DNA of 64,000 bases from Octopus vulgaris (lineage: Eukaryota). The notes beneath the pieces were generated by a model that saw nothing but the letters and a program-made list of their open reading frames with translations, searched no databases and was not told the origin of the DNA. The stretch covers positions 17,980,001 to 18,044,000 of the forward strand of contig OX597840.1 of the NCBI GenBank assembly GCA_951406725.2. Direction: 5' to 3'. Made by a program: the position numbers and the translations under genes. Of this stretch, positions 1 to 12,964 are shown piece after piece; positions within the stretch are counted from its first letter, which is position 1; the number at the start of each line of letters is the position of its first letter.

Positions 1-230
1 GTGGCGAGCTGGCAGAAACGTTAGCACACCGGGCGAAATGCGTAACCGTATTTCGTCTGTCGTTACGTTCCGAGTTCAAATTCCGCCGAAGTCGACTTTG
101 CCTTTCATCCTTTCAGGGTCGATAAATTAAGTACCAGTTACGCACTGGGGTCGATGTAATCGACTTAATCCGTTTGTCTGTCCTTGTTTGTCCTCTCTGT
201 GTTTAGCCCCTTGTGGGTAGTAAAGAAATA
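1..230 (+). mobile_element. tRNA-derived SINE, family A
   Basis: A-box-like 'ggcgagctggcagaaacgttagc' and B-box 'gagttcaaattcc', body 'gcctttcatcctttc.gggtcgataaattaagtacc'; near-identical copy at 28038-28270 and a related reverse copy at ~13395-13560. Confidence 0.85.
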
Positions 231-434
231 TATAGTTGAAGACACTGAACCCAGAACCATGTGGTTGGTAAGCAAGCTACTTACCACACAGCCACTCCTT
301 CGCCTCCTTATTTCTAAAGATTTTTTATGTTATAAATAATTTTTAATTCAATTTTTAATCTTTTTCGCACACACATAGTAATTAACTTCATTTTCGTATG
401 TTTATTTGATTTTCATTTTTGATTTTTTTTTCAG

Positions 435-1344
435 GAGAAGTAAAAGAAGTAAAAGAAAGAACAATCCCGTATCAGCCAAAGATGCTGCTGTCCAGACACT
501 GGTTTCTCGGAACATAGAAAACGTCCGACATGCTAATGGAATACTGCCCTTGCAATGCTCAGACAGACACCACCCAGCTATACAGGAAGGCTACAGTCAT
601 GTTGCCGACGAAGTTCCGTTCCCAGAAGCAGCCAAAATGATTGACGCCACAGTCAACACTTGTGAAGCCTACACTGAGGTGGATGAAGGACAAATAGGGA
701 CCGTCAAGCCCTTGTCCGATAGATTTCGATACCATATTGCTCGTTCTCTGCCTGCTCTGCCTGGGAAAAAATCGTCATCCAACGACGAATGGACATCCAC
801 CAGATCACGAGGTTCTAGTAGCCGTGCTTCGATTGGTAGTGAAAATGACTATCAGAAAGCTATCTATGAAGAAATTCCTGATTATTACGAATGCAAAAAG
901 CATCCTTCGAATTATTCTCCAAGAGTGTCAGAACCAAGTTCCGTAGAAACAGATTCAGGAATTGAATCTGAAGACAAACTAGCTCGCAGTCGTTTGGAAC
1001 GTATTCAAAATCCAACGAATCCTGGTGCTTTGCCTCCTTATAGTAATCTTAATTCTAATCTTAAAACTAATACCAATTCTTCATCGTCGTCGACGTCATC
1101 TTCGTCGTCTGGGTCTCACAAATCTCCCCCAATTCCAGCCCTCAATCCAAGAGGTGAAATTAAATCAGACGACATGTCACAAGACGTAACAGATCCTAAA
1201 TATCATGTGGTAGAAAGGAATTGCACACAGAACAATGTCGGAGAGACGAACTGTAGAGGACATTCAATCGCTAGATCTGGTGATGATGGTTTAGTGTTAT
1301 TAGAAAATGAAATATATGAGCCTTATTATCAACAGACAGACTGA
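435..1344 (+). CDS. Terminal coding exon: low-complexity Ser-rich cytoplasmic tail with Tyr motifs, probably of a single-pass membrane protein
   Basis: Polypyrimidine tract + CAG acceptor at 423-434; ~300 open codons of non-repetitive sequence to TGA at 1342-1344; starts with basic cluster RSKRSKRK; motifs IYEEI, DYYE, NEIYEPYY. The ORF-track start at 406 is intronic. Confidence 0.8.
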
Positions 1345-1922
1345 AAATACGAGTGAATGTGTGTGATAAAATATCTGTTCTCTAATCAAGAAAACTTGCT
1401 TTAAAATACTAAAAACATCACCACCAATTTACCAATATTTCACAATGGAAAAAAAACCCTATTTCCTTCATAATTATTAAGAATTAACAGGAAGAAATTG
1501 TAAGAAGAACTGGTCAGGATTTTCATGTCACTGTTTCATAGCTTTCTTGCATTTCTTTAAAACAAAAAAAAAACATGACTGCCACGTTGATGGTGGTGGC
1601 CATGTCTGGGTTTCAAGAAGTATATTGTGTACGGCGGAAAATGCAAGGAATGAATGAATGCGGGAATGAATGAGTGTATGAATGAATAACTCAGTGAATG
1701 AATAAATATATAAAATAGAATGGAAATTATGGTGATTGGTGACAGAAATAATTGCTTAAACTAAGCAGAAATGTATCGGCTTATTGTGCCACATGCAGAA
1801 ATGCACACACATGTACACATACACACATATGCACTTCACCTCATATATATATATGTGTGCGTGTGTGTATACACATTCATATGCGTGTATATATGTATAT
1901 ATATATATATATATATAATAAA

Positions 1923-1960
<38 letters not shown>

Positions 1961-3670
1961 TCATATATATATACACGTGTGTGTGTATGTATGTATGTAT
2001 GCATTTATTTATATATGTATTTATAAATACACATATATAGACACACACACACACATATACATATATGTATGTACAGAAGACATATATACATACATGTATG
2101 TGTTTGTGTATGTGTGTGTGTGTGTGTGTCTGCAAACAGCACAAAAACGAAGTACTCAATACATGTATCAGCATTTCATGCATTTATTTGAAACTATGGC
2201 TTTCCCCCCATCCATCACCCTGAAAGCAAAAACAAAAAAAAAGGAAGGAAGAAACAAAAAAAAAAGAAAGAAAAGAAAAGAAAGAAGCCAAGTAAATCAC
2301 CAATTCTGATCATGCCCTCCACTGTATTTGACACTCCGTATAGGAATGGTAGTCATCATGTCTTGGAAGAGCAAATTCTTCAGAACATTTTCCTTTGGAA
2401 TTTCGTTCCTTCATTCTGTTTTCCATTTACACTGTAATTTTATTCATTTTATTTTATTTTTAAATTCTATCTTGAAATATATTATATATTCATTTTATTT
2501 ATAATATATTATACATTAATTTTATTTATAATATATTATACATTAATTTTATTTATAATATATTATACATTAATTTTATTTATATTACATTTATTATTTT
2601 GTTATTTTATATTTATTATTTTTATTATGTAATTTATCATTATTTTTATTATGTAATTTATCATTATTTTCATTATTGTATTTTATTTTATCTTGTAGCT
2701 CATTGTTTTTTTGTTGTTTTTTGTGGGTGAGGTGGGTCAGAAGAACTTAATTATTTCAACAAAGGATAAACTGATGCCATATTTAATTACTTAACAAAAT
2801 AATTAAAGAATGGGTAGAAGAGAAATTTGTGAATGAAAAAATATGTAAAAAGGGCAAAGGAAGAGAAGAAAGAGGAGGAGGAGGAAGAGTTTATATGGGT
2901 CAAACAGACATTTATGTAAATAAAACTAAAATATATAAATATTAGTTGTGGTCTGTGTTGGTAAAAGTTACATGGCAAAGTGTGTAATTCTGAATAAATT
3001 CTATTTTTTGTTTTTTGTAAGGATGGGGGGGGGTATAGTCAAATGAGGCAGGGCATCACCTGTGATTCCCTTCCCTCGCCTTTTTTTCCAGGGTCTCCAG
3101 GAGTGGATGGAACAAAAGGGAGATGATTATCTTCAGACCAAAAATTCTGTTCTGAATGCTTGTAACAAAATGTTGCACTCTGCTAACAGGAAACCAAAGG
3201 GCCTGGTGTCATTCTTTAACCAGGGTATGGATTAAGATTCCTACATCAGCCAAGAACAAAAACAATCTCTCAGACAGGTTCCCACAACAGTTATTGTCTT
3301 GTCTACCCAATTCTATTAACAACAAAGCTCTGGATTTCACTGAGGATATCGTAGAGTACTCGTTCAATGTGACTGCCATGCTGTAGTATCGAGCTAGTAG
3401 CTATGTTGTGAAGTGAACTTCTTAACCAGACGACTCCGTGAAGAAACGAGAATCCTGAACATTCAAGCAAGCCCCTTTGTCCAGCTCGTCCCTTTAGTAT
3501 TCTCACCTGTATTCTCACCTGGAGTCACATCACCTCACAGCAAACGAACTCATCCAGATTCAGATTTGTGAAACTTTATTAAACTTTTCTGTATATTTAT
3601 TCATCGCATAACAACAAAGAAAGAATTTTAAATAAAAACCATGACGTTTTGTCTCATACTACAATAAAGT
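1345..3670 (+). promoter_or_regulatory. Probable 3' UTR with candidate polyadenylation signals
   Basis: Follows the stop codon; AT-rich tracts; AATAAA at ~3631 and ~3663. The 3' end is uncertain (other AATAAA at ~1701, ~4850, ~5892). Confidence 0.4.
2490..2680. repeat. AT-rich minisatellite (~27-bp and ~24-bp units)
   Basis: 'ataatatattatacattaattttattt' x~3 then 'attatgtaatttatcattattttt' x2. Confidence 0.7.
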
Positions 3671-3691
3671 CAACCACAGACAACCATGCTT

Positions 3692-3728
<37 letters not shown>

Positions 3729-3882
3729 ATGTGTGTGTGTGTGTGTGTATGTATACATGTATGTATGTATGTATGTATATATATATATATATGCATTTAA
3801 ACAGATCTCGTAAAGGTGTGTGTGTGTGCATGTATATGCATATGTACATATGTATATATATATATATATATCTAGCTATCTA

Positions 3883-3932
<50 letters not shown>

Positions 3933-4011
3933 TAAGTAATATTCATAGCCACTTTAACATGGTTGTCCGTTCAAGTGGACTGTACTGCGATTTAAGAACT
4001 AGTATTTTTGG

Positions 4012-4057
<46 letters not shown>

Positions 4058-4265
4058 ATGGATCAAAACAGTTTGATTCAATTTCAAAATGGCTGACGAC
4101 TAGCATCATGCTTGAAACTCAAGAGTACCAACAAATTTGGATCAAATTATTTTGATCCAGACATGTAACTCCCAATAAATTGGTTGAGTGCCATTCTTTT
4201 GTTTGTCCACTCACTCATATATATATATATATACATACATACATATATTTATATATACATACATA

Positions 4266-4311
<46 letters not shown>

Positions 4312-5534
4312 TATATATATATAAGTATACATAATGTGTATATATGTATGTATATATGTATATATACATATATATGTGTGTGTATATATGTATGTGTATA
4401 TATATATACATATTTGTATATATACACACACACATATATGTATTGGTTAACATGCAGTTTACGATCTTAGAAAAGTGAAAGTTAAATCTCCCAATAGTAA
4501 TGAAAGTCAATTAGGAAACCAGAAGCGACAAAGGCCAGGAACAGGCTTGATGTGTGATGCGATGGCTTCCCTGTGCGAGTGACAGTAACTTCTGTCCTCA
4601 TGAAGTTGTCAGCCATTCACTCAAATTTGTTGATCTAAACAGTAACAGTATCCAAACGCAAGCTATAGAAGGGCAATGAAGAAATTCAGGTGATATTAGG
4701 GGACTAATAAGGATGTATTTAGACCATGTCTTCATAACAGAGTGTGGTGAAACAAAGTTCATGGATCACTGATTGTTATATTGTCCTATAACTGTGACTG
4801 TTTTCCTCTTATATAAACTATATGTATGACTTTCATGTGTTCTATAATAATAAATGCATAATTCTGTCTGTCCGTCTGGGACCCCTGAATCTCAGTCTAT
4901 ATTTGCTTTACATAGACATATTATACCTTTTTGGTATCAGGATGATCTTGGAAGTGAAAATACGTCCTTCATTTGGTTATTGAACATCCAGCATTGGAAT
5001 CTGATTCAAAAGCATTTGTAACTGATAAAGCTTGGCTGATTCATACCATCTTGGTTGGTGTTTGTCAGATATCATCAGATATGAAGGGAGAGATAAACGA
5101 TTTTCACATTGTCAATTTTACGTCAAGGTAAGAACTTTGGGATAAATTGGCCAACAGTCGGAATTCAACTTGGGAGTGGAACAATAGAATGATTGCTTTA
5201 CAGAATTAATTCTCATCCGTCCTTAACCCCTGATCAAACACCACCAGGGCATATAGTCGTTATATACATGCTATTTAGCTCTCTTTAGTTTTGGGCTGGA
5301 ACCCCAATTAGCGCTCTACAGGAGCTGGCTTAAAAGTCTGCATGGAGGGCAGCTTTTAAGTTCGTATTAAATATATGTAGATTCTTTGCATTGGTTTTGT
5401 CACACACACTTTACATAAAATAATGGGATGCTACTCTCATTGCTTTCAGTGTCACACTTACATCATTTTTAGGGTATCTTACTTTCACTTTTTTACACCA
5501 GTAAACTGCCTGTTAACATATATATCTATCTATC

Positions 5535-5587
<53 letters not shown>

Positions 5588-5647
5588 TCATATATACATA
5601 TACATAAATATACATTTGTATATATATGTGTGTGCGTATATATGTAT

Positions 5648-5735
<88 letters not shown>

Positions 5736-6028
5736 AAGTCATTCTTGTTATTCCATTTGCCACCTTGATTGTTTTTTCTTGTTTTTGTTATTTTTTTAAC
5801 TTTGAAATATTTTGTTGTTTTTTTGTTTGTTTGTTTTCTAAGAAAAACATTTCAACTTTGAAAACCTCTTTCAAACCCTCTTTCATGTATTAATAAACAT
5901 AAACTTACACATCTATCTTTATTTTCTGTGTCTACCTCTTTATATGTAGAGAGAGGGAGAGAGGGAGAGAGGGAGAGAGAGCTTGAATAATCCATTCTAT
6001 TCACTATGTCTATTTATCTACCAGTCAG

Positions 6029-6076
<48 letters not shown>

Positions 6077-6142
6077 GCTAAGTATGTGTGAATGAAAGTA
6101 ATGCAAAAAGCAGTTATGCACTACATATGTTTCAAGACTGAA

Positions 6143-6299
6143 TGAGTGGCTGTGTGGTGAGAAGCTTGCTTTCCAACCACATGGTCCTGGGTTCAGTCCC
6201 ATTGTGTGACACCATGGGCAAAGTTTCTTCTACTATAGCCTCGGGCTGACCAAAGCCTTATGATTGGATTTAGTAGACAGAAACTGAAAGAAGTCCATT

Positions 6300-6350
<51 letters not shown>

Positions 6351-6515
6351 CGTATGTATGTATGTATTATGTGTGTCTGTCTTTGGCCCCACCACCATTG
6401 CTTGACAACCGATGTTGGTGTGTTTACACCCCCATAGCTTAGCGGTTCAGCAAAAGTGATGGATAGAATAAGTAGTTGGCTTACAAAGAATAAGTCCTCA
6501 GGTGGATTTGTTCAA
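6143..6515 (+). mobile_element. tRNA-derived SINE, family B (internal microsatellite)
   Basis: Head 'gagtggctgtgtggt..ggttcagtccca', body 'ggatttagtagacagaaactgaaagaag', internal (TA)n, tail 'cttacaaagaataagtcc'; many copies in window. Confidence 0.85.
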
Positions 6516-6629
6516 ATAAGATAAATAAGGGAAAAAACATTAAGTAAACACAGACATAGCTGTGTGTAGACAGATGTGCATGTTCGTATGTATGTGTGAA
6601 TATATATATAATATATATATATATAACAT

Positions 6630-6692
<63 letters not shown>

Positions 6693-6906
6693 TAATAATA
6701 AATATTAGGGAATAAATCCAAACTTACAGGGAAAAATCAGATTTAGGATTGAATCCAATTTTATAGTAAAATATTATATTATATTAAATTAGAGACAAAA
6801 CCGCTATTAGGCAAATCAAACAATGAAAAACTTAAACCAATACATATGATTAATTTATATCATTTAAATATATAACAAAATTATTAAAAAAATATAATTA
6901 ATATCA

Positions 6907-6970
6907 CACTACGATCGTTTCATGCCTGCTAACATCTTCAAATTTTTGAGTTGCAGTCATTCATCAGGTG
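6907..6970 (-). ncRNA. Type-I hammerhead ribozyme motif (C3-G8), mirror of 8899-8962
   Basis: Reverse complement reads cac CTGATGA atgactgc...gcaggcat GAAA cgatcg TA gtg. Confidence 0.7.
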
Positions 6971-7971
6971 GTTTAAATATCTAAAATATAATCAATATTT
7001 TTAAGATATAAATAATATATATAATATAATAATTTTACTTATAATAAACTCTATTATTAAATATGATTATATCGAAATCGACTATAATGTTAAATATTAA
7101 CTTTAATTTATAAGGTAGAAAACCCATATTCTAATATCAATATTAATCTATATCTAATTACAGAAATATTTAAAATAACTAATATATATAAATTATCAAT
7201 GAAAATATATATAAATATTATAATCAAGATCTAAAATAATCTCTATAAATAATTGTATATAATGAAAACCTAATAAATTTAATTTTTCATATGATGAAAT
7301 AGCTAATTTCAAAATACAAATAAACTAACTTAAACTGACTTTCAAAATCTTATGTAAAATACTTATAGAAATATTCAATTCTTAGTAATATAGTATTAAA
7401 TAAATACTATAAGTACTATAAACATAATTATGAATGGGAATAATTATCTAATATAAATTATGCTATTAAATTAGACATGGCCTAGACCAATCTTTAGTCG
7501 AAACATATCTAAATTTATCAAAGTTTATCTAATTTATTTAATATCTAATAACATAGAAAATTACGATAATTAGATCATTACATAAACAACAATATTTACA
7601 TAAGGAGAATATTATTACTCCAAAGGCTTATACAATATTAAAAATTTACAATTTGAAGATCTTAAAAAGATACATACTTTTCTTGGCAAGGTTTAAACAA
7701 TGAACTAGAATTTTGAATCAAAAAACGTCTTATACAGCAATAATAGAAATATTAAAATTACTAAGTCTCTCTAAAAGAGAACAACGGCAGCGTTCCCGGA
7801 AAATAATAGTTATCGCCATACTAATATGGCATTCTTATAAAAATAAGAATAAAGCTGTCCGCTTATTAGCTCCATGAGGCCATCGCCTTAAGTTAGCTAT
7901 TTGATACACAAACTGTATCCATATAACCTTCGAACAAGGGAGGTCAGTCGCTCCACACTACTTGACCGGCA

Positions 7972-8013
7972 GCTACAGATGCGTTTCGGGGCATTGCCCC
8001 TTTTCAATGCAGC
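7972..8013 (-). ncRNA. Hammerhead motif, U3-A8 variant (stem III carries one substitution)
   Basis: Reverse complement: gctgca TTGAAAA ggggc aat gcccc GAAA cgca TC tgtagc. Confidence 0.6.
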
Positions 8014-8414
8014 GTAGCCAGACCAGTAGGTGTCGCTTCTGACAATCTCTGTTCGATGGTTTTATTTACCTAGCTTCGGTGGAATACATCCACTTGTTTT
8101 CAATAATAGAAATATTAAAATTACTAAGTCTCTCTAAAAGAGAACAACGGCAGCGTTCCCGGAAAATAATAGTTATCGCCATACTAATATGGCATTCTTA
8201 TAAAAATAAGAATAAAGCTGTCCGCTTATTAGCTCCATGAGGCCATCGCCTTAAGTTAGCTATTTGATACACAAACTGTATCCATATAACCTTCGAACAA
8301 GGGAGGTCAGTCGCTCCACACTACTTAACCGGCAGTGGATGTATTCCACCGAAGCTAGGTAAATAAAACCATCGAACAGAGATTGTCAGAAGCGACACCT
8401 ACTGGTCTGGCTAC

Positions 8415-8456
8415 GCTGCATTGAAAAGGGGCAATACCCCGAAACGCGTCTGTAGC
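8415..8456 (+). ncRNA. Minimal type-I hammerhead ribozyme, U3-A8 variant
   Basis: gctgca TTGAAAA gggg caata cccc GAAA cgcg TC tgtagc: 6-bp stem I, 4-bp stem II, palindromic stem III (ACGCGT), GUC triplet. Confidence 0.75.
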
Positions 8457-8898
8457 TGCCGGTCAAGTAGTGTGGAGCGACTGACCTCCCTTGTTCGAAG
8501 GTTATATGGATACAGTTTGTGTATCAAATAGCTAACTTAAGGCGATGGCCTCATGGAGCTAATAAGCGGACAGCTTTATTCTTATTTTTATAAGAATGCC
8601 ATATTAGTCTTATACAGCGTTTATAAGAATACTCATGGAATTACGTTATTAGCAAAAAAAAAAAGAATAAATTGTTGAAGAATTCATTACGCGTTTTAAA
8701 TATTTCTGTAATTAGATATAGACTAATATTGATATTAGAATATGGGTTTTCTACCTTATAAATTAAAGTTAATATTTAACATTATAGTCGATTTCGATAT
8801 AATCATATTTAATAATAGAGTTTATTATAAGTAAAATTATTATATTATATATATTATTTATATCTTAAAAATATTGATTATATTTTAGATATTTAAAC

Positions 8899-8962
8899 CA
8901 CCTGATGAATGACTGCGACTCAAAAATTTGAAGATGTTAGCAGGCATGAAACGATCGTAGTG
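8899..8962 (+). ncRNA. Type-I hammerhead ribozyme motif (canonical core)
   Basis: cac CTGATGA atgactgc-(loop)-gcaggcat GAAA cgatcg TA gtg; palindromic stem III, GUA triplet; stem I is short. Confidence 0.7.
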
Positions 8963-9084
8963 TGATATTAATTATATTTTTTTAATAATTTTGTTATATA
9001 TTTAAATAATATAAATTAATCATATGTATTGGCTTAAGTTTTTCATTGTTTGATTTGCCTAATAGTGGTTTTGTCTCTAATTTA

Positions 9085-9129
<45 letters not shown>

Positions 9130-9134
<5 letters not shown>

Positions 9135-9275
9135 TATTAGAGACAAAACCACTATTTTGCAAAACAAACAAGGAAAGACTTAATCAATACATAAAATTTT
9201 AATAAAATTTTATGTATTGATTAAGTCTTTCCTTGTTTGTTTTGCAAAATAGTGGTTTTGTCTCTAATAATATTT
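9130..9275. repeat. Near-perfect ~70-bp-arm palindrome
   Basis: 'attattagagacaaaaccactattttgcaaaac...aaaatttt' + aat + its reverse complement; related to the element end at 6788-6850. Confidence 0.85.
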
Positions 9276-9416
9276 TATAATATTTTACTATAAAATTGGT
9301 TTTAATCCTAAATCTGATTTTTTTCCCTGTAAATTTGGATTTATTCCCTAATTTTTATTATTATATATATATATATATATATATATTATGTGTATATATA
9401 TTATACATATATATAT

Positions 9417-9466
<50 letters not shown>

Positions 9467-9544
9467 TATATACATATATATATCTATATATCTATCTATA
9501 TATATAGTCAAAGTGGCTTAGAACAAGTGTCCTCCAGAGGACCA

Positions 9545-9895
9545 TCATGGTTTCTGGTCTCTTGTTCTAAGAATCCTTCCGGTCAGCCGCCTACATTTCA
9601 TTGCCGATTTAGCAACATGCACATGAAAAGTTGCATCATTATTTATGTAAATACCCAGGTCTCGCACTGATTGTGCCTCTGGGATTGCAATCCCTCCAGG
9701 TCCAGTATATTTATTGGGTACTGCATTTAGTTTTGCATGCTGATAGTATAAAGCTTGAAACTTTTCAGCATTGAACTGCATGCTATTCTTTTCAGTCCAC
9801 TTGTATATTTTGTCCAGCTCACATTGCAGGTGCTTAGTGTCTTCAGGGTTCTGTATTGCCTGTGAAACTTTTGTATCATCTGCATAACTTGTGAT
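9545..9895 (-). pseudogene. CR1/L2-group LINE reverse-transcriptase fragment
   Basis: Minus strand reads YADDTKVSQAIQNPEDTKHLQCELDKIYKW...MQFNAEKFQAL...RDLGIYIN. Confidence 0.85.
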
Positions 9896-9933
9896 CGCGG
9901 CTCTCTGCGTGGCTGTCGTGGGTATATATAATA

Positions 9934-9971
<38 letters not shown>

Positions 9972-10005
9972 ATATATATATAATATATATATACATAATA
10001 TATAT

Positions 10006-10124
<119 letters not shown>

Positions 10125-10472
10125 CTAGCACTATGACCCGGCAACGCCAGATCATAGTGCTAGTGCATGCATATACAGCTGCGTGCGTGCGCATATACAC
10201 GCGAGTACTGTCCAAATCTCCGACTAATCACATACAGCTAGCTGGCATTCAATTGGCGTATCAAGTTTCGGATTGGGTTTCGTATAGAAAATTCACAAAA
10301 AAGTCACCTCTATTGATTTTTAATGGCTTTGTGGGGTAACTGGGGAAAAGTAAAGATGTGCACGACCACTCTTGGACAGTTTTGAATGACCATAGAAAGT
10401 GCGAGCCCTCTAAAGGAAAAATTATGGATTTGTATAAAGGACACACACACAGACATTTTGCCGTTTATATAT
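10125..10472 (-). mobile_element. Short non-autonomous Helitron-like element
   Basis: Minus-strand 5' end 'atatataaacggcaaaatgtctgtgtgtgtgt'; 3' end has GC hairpin and CTAG followed by T. Confidence 0.6.
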
Positions 10473-10473
10473 T

Positions 10474-10544
<71 letters not shown>

Positions 10545-10557
10545 ATATATATATAAT

Positions 10558-10593
<36 letters not shown>

Positions 10594-10661
10594 ATATATC
10601 TATATACAATATATTTATATATAATATATATATATAAATATATATATATATACATATAATG

Positions 10662-10695
<34 letters not shown>

Positions 10696-10779
10696 AATAT
10701 ATATTATATATTATATATATGTATAATATATATTTATATATATATATATAATATATATTATATATATATATATATATTT

Positions 10780-10813
<34 letters not shown>

Positions 10814-10827
10814 ATATATATATATGT

Positions 10828-11150
10828 ATCATCATCATCATCATCATCGTTTAACCTCCGCTTTCCATGCTAGCATGGGTTGGACGGTTTAACTGGGGTC
10901 TGGGAAGCCCGAAGGCTGTACCAGGCCAGTCAGATCTGGCGGTGTTTCTACAGCTGGATGCCCTTTCTAACGCCAACCACTCAGTGAGTGTAGTGGGTGC
11001 TTTTTATGTGCCACCGACACAGGTGCCAGACGAGGCTGCCGAACGGCCACGCTCGGATGGTGTTTTTTACGTGCCACCAGCATGGAGACCAGGCAGGGCT
11101 GGCACGGCCACGATCGGATGGTGTTCGTTACGTGCCACCAGCACGGAGGC
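10828..11150 (-). mobile_element. RTE-LINE 3' end with (GAT)n tail
   Basis: (cat)n + 'ccgctttccatgctagcatggg'; same end is attached to RTE coding sequence at 53262-54245. Confidence 0.7.
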
Positions 11151-11169
11151 CAAAATATATATATATTAT

Positions 11170-11420
11170 TATTTTTCTTTTAAAGTTTCAGCTTAGAGCT
11201 GCGGCCATGCTGATGCACCGCCGTTTTGTGCTTCATTGTTACTACGAAGAGCCTACTCTAATATTCGGCACTTGATGAAGAATGGAGTTTCATATAGCTA
11301 CCCTCATGTGCACCTCTTGCCGTGAGGTAGGCTCATCTGGGACTCTTGACAGGAAGAGGTCCAGCTTTGATTTAAAAACCCCTACATCTACTTTGTGTAA
11401 GTTCCTCAGACTCTTTGGGA
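11170..11420 (-). mobile_element. LINE 3' fragment whose tail matches SINE family B
   Basis: 'agctgcggccatgctgatgcaccgcc' matches SINE B tail; second copy at ~32840-33090. Confidence 0.55.
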
Positions 11421-11439
11421 GAATATTAAATATTATATA

Positions 11440-11555
<116 letters not shown>

Positions 11556-11912
11556 AATATTCACACATACATACGAACACGCACATCTATCCACACACAG
11601 CTATGTCTGTGTTTACTTAATGTTTTTTCACTTATTTATTTATTTTTTTTTAAATTCTGATGTTTATTTTATTGGTCATTTTTATCGAACCGCTAAATAA
11701 TGGTGATGTAAACAAACCAAGACCAATAGTAAAGTGGTGGTTAGAGGAACAAACAGACAGAAAGACAGAAAAACCATCGTAGGCAACTTGTGGCCTGCCT
11801 AACCAAAAAATGGTCTTTAATTTTTGTAGTAGTACATCTCACCTGAGGTGAGCCATGTCTCGTGGCTTATTTCTCAGAAAAGGTCACCCATGCTTGACAT
11901 ATAGATATGGAC

Positions 11913-11967
<55 letters not shown>

Positions 11968-12139
11968 ATGCTTGATTTTATTTTCAGTTTTAATAAAAAC
12001 AGTTTTACATTAATCTATACATCTACATTTCCATGGAGTACAAATTCATTCTTAAACAAGAATATTGTTGAATATTGTCGAAGTTTCAACCAGCTAAGCC
12101 ATCATTGGAATGCTTGTCAAAAAGACTATTGTTGACAAG

Positions 12140-12182
<43 letters not shown>

Positions 12183-12964
12183 CTCCCCACTTCAAGATAA
12201 CTTGCCAGCTTCACAACATACCTAACCAAGGGACATAACTCCCAACCAAATCCCCTTTTTTTTGCAACAGCCGCTGACCGTTTGTGCTAATCCACCACTG
12301 GCAGTGGAGAGCAGTCACCATATTCCATTCCATATCAGCTACCTCTGATGAGCGTAATTAAACAATTACATTGTTACCTAACACTCCATTGTGTTTTTGC
12401 GTGAAACTGATTGGTAAGACCAGCCATGATGGATACTTAATACTATAAAATTCAGATAATATCTTTATAGACATACATGCATGCATGCATATGTATGTGT
12501 GACAGACAGATATATACAGCGACAAAAATAAAACGAAAATGCTCAGAGAACTTTGCCATGAAAAAACACAAAATAGAAAGGAAGTATGTACCAGTTTCAG
12601 TCGTTTAAGATGATCTTTTCATGCAGGAAAAAATTATTAGAAAGATCGAATTGAAATAAATCAAATTACACTGCTATAAAATCAGATTTGGAAGATTGTA
12701 TGTTTATCTTACAGAATATACAAGCAGTTTTCATCAACTCACATAATGTAATAGGTATGTACTACGAGCGCTCAGTTAGGTTTACCTCTAAAACTCCAGC
12801 TTGAACTGCAACTGAAAGCATGATGTCACGACTGCTTATTAGAGGTGGCTATAAGTGGTTTCTCCTTGAGCCGATAGATATAGATAAAAGTAAAAATGAA
12901 AAAGCAAAACGTTAGGCATCACTTGAAGAAGACATTTAATTTAGACAGAGAATATAAACATATA

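Larger units (their letters stand above)
7739..8606. mobile_element. Nested retrozyme-like insert: ~363-nt unit, partial direct repeat, then inverted copy; 12-bp TSD
   Basis: 7738-7972 repeated at 8101-8335; 8334-8606 is the reverse complement of ~7820-8092; flanked by 'gtcttatacagc' at 7727-7738 and 8607-8618. Confidence 0.8.
6690..9360. mobile_element. Fold-back non-autonomous element, probably PLE-derived, with long inverted arms, within (TA)n
   Basis: ~6785-7170 is the reverse complement of ~8700-9090; ~6700-6780 is the reverse complement of ~9280-9360; each long arm carries a hammerhead motif. Confidence 0.7.

Noticed and set aside
406-434. ORF-track start MIFIFDFFF
   Set aside because: TTG start within a polypyrimidine tract; intronic.
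7055-7515. Extra hammerhead-like strings (atgattatatcgaaatcga; gac...gtcgaaacatatc), similarly ~12590 and ~37685
   Set aside because: Core or stems too degenerate in very AT-rich sequence to separate from chance.
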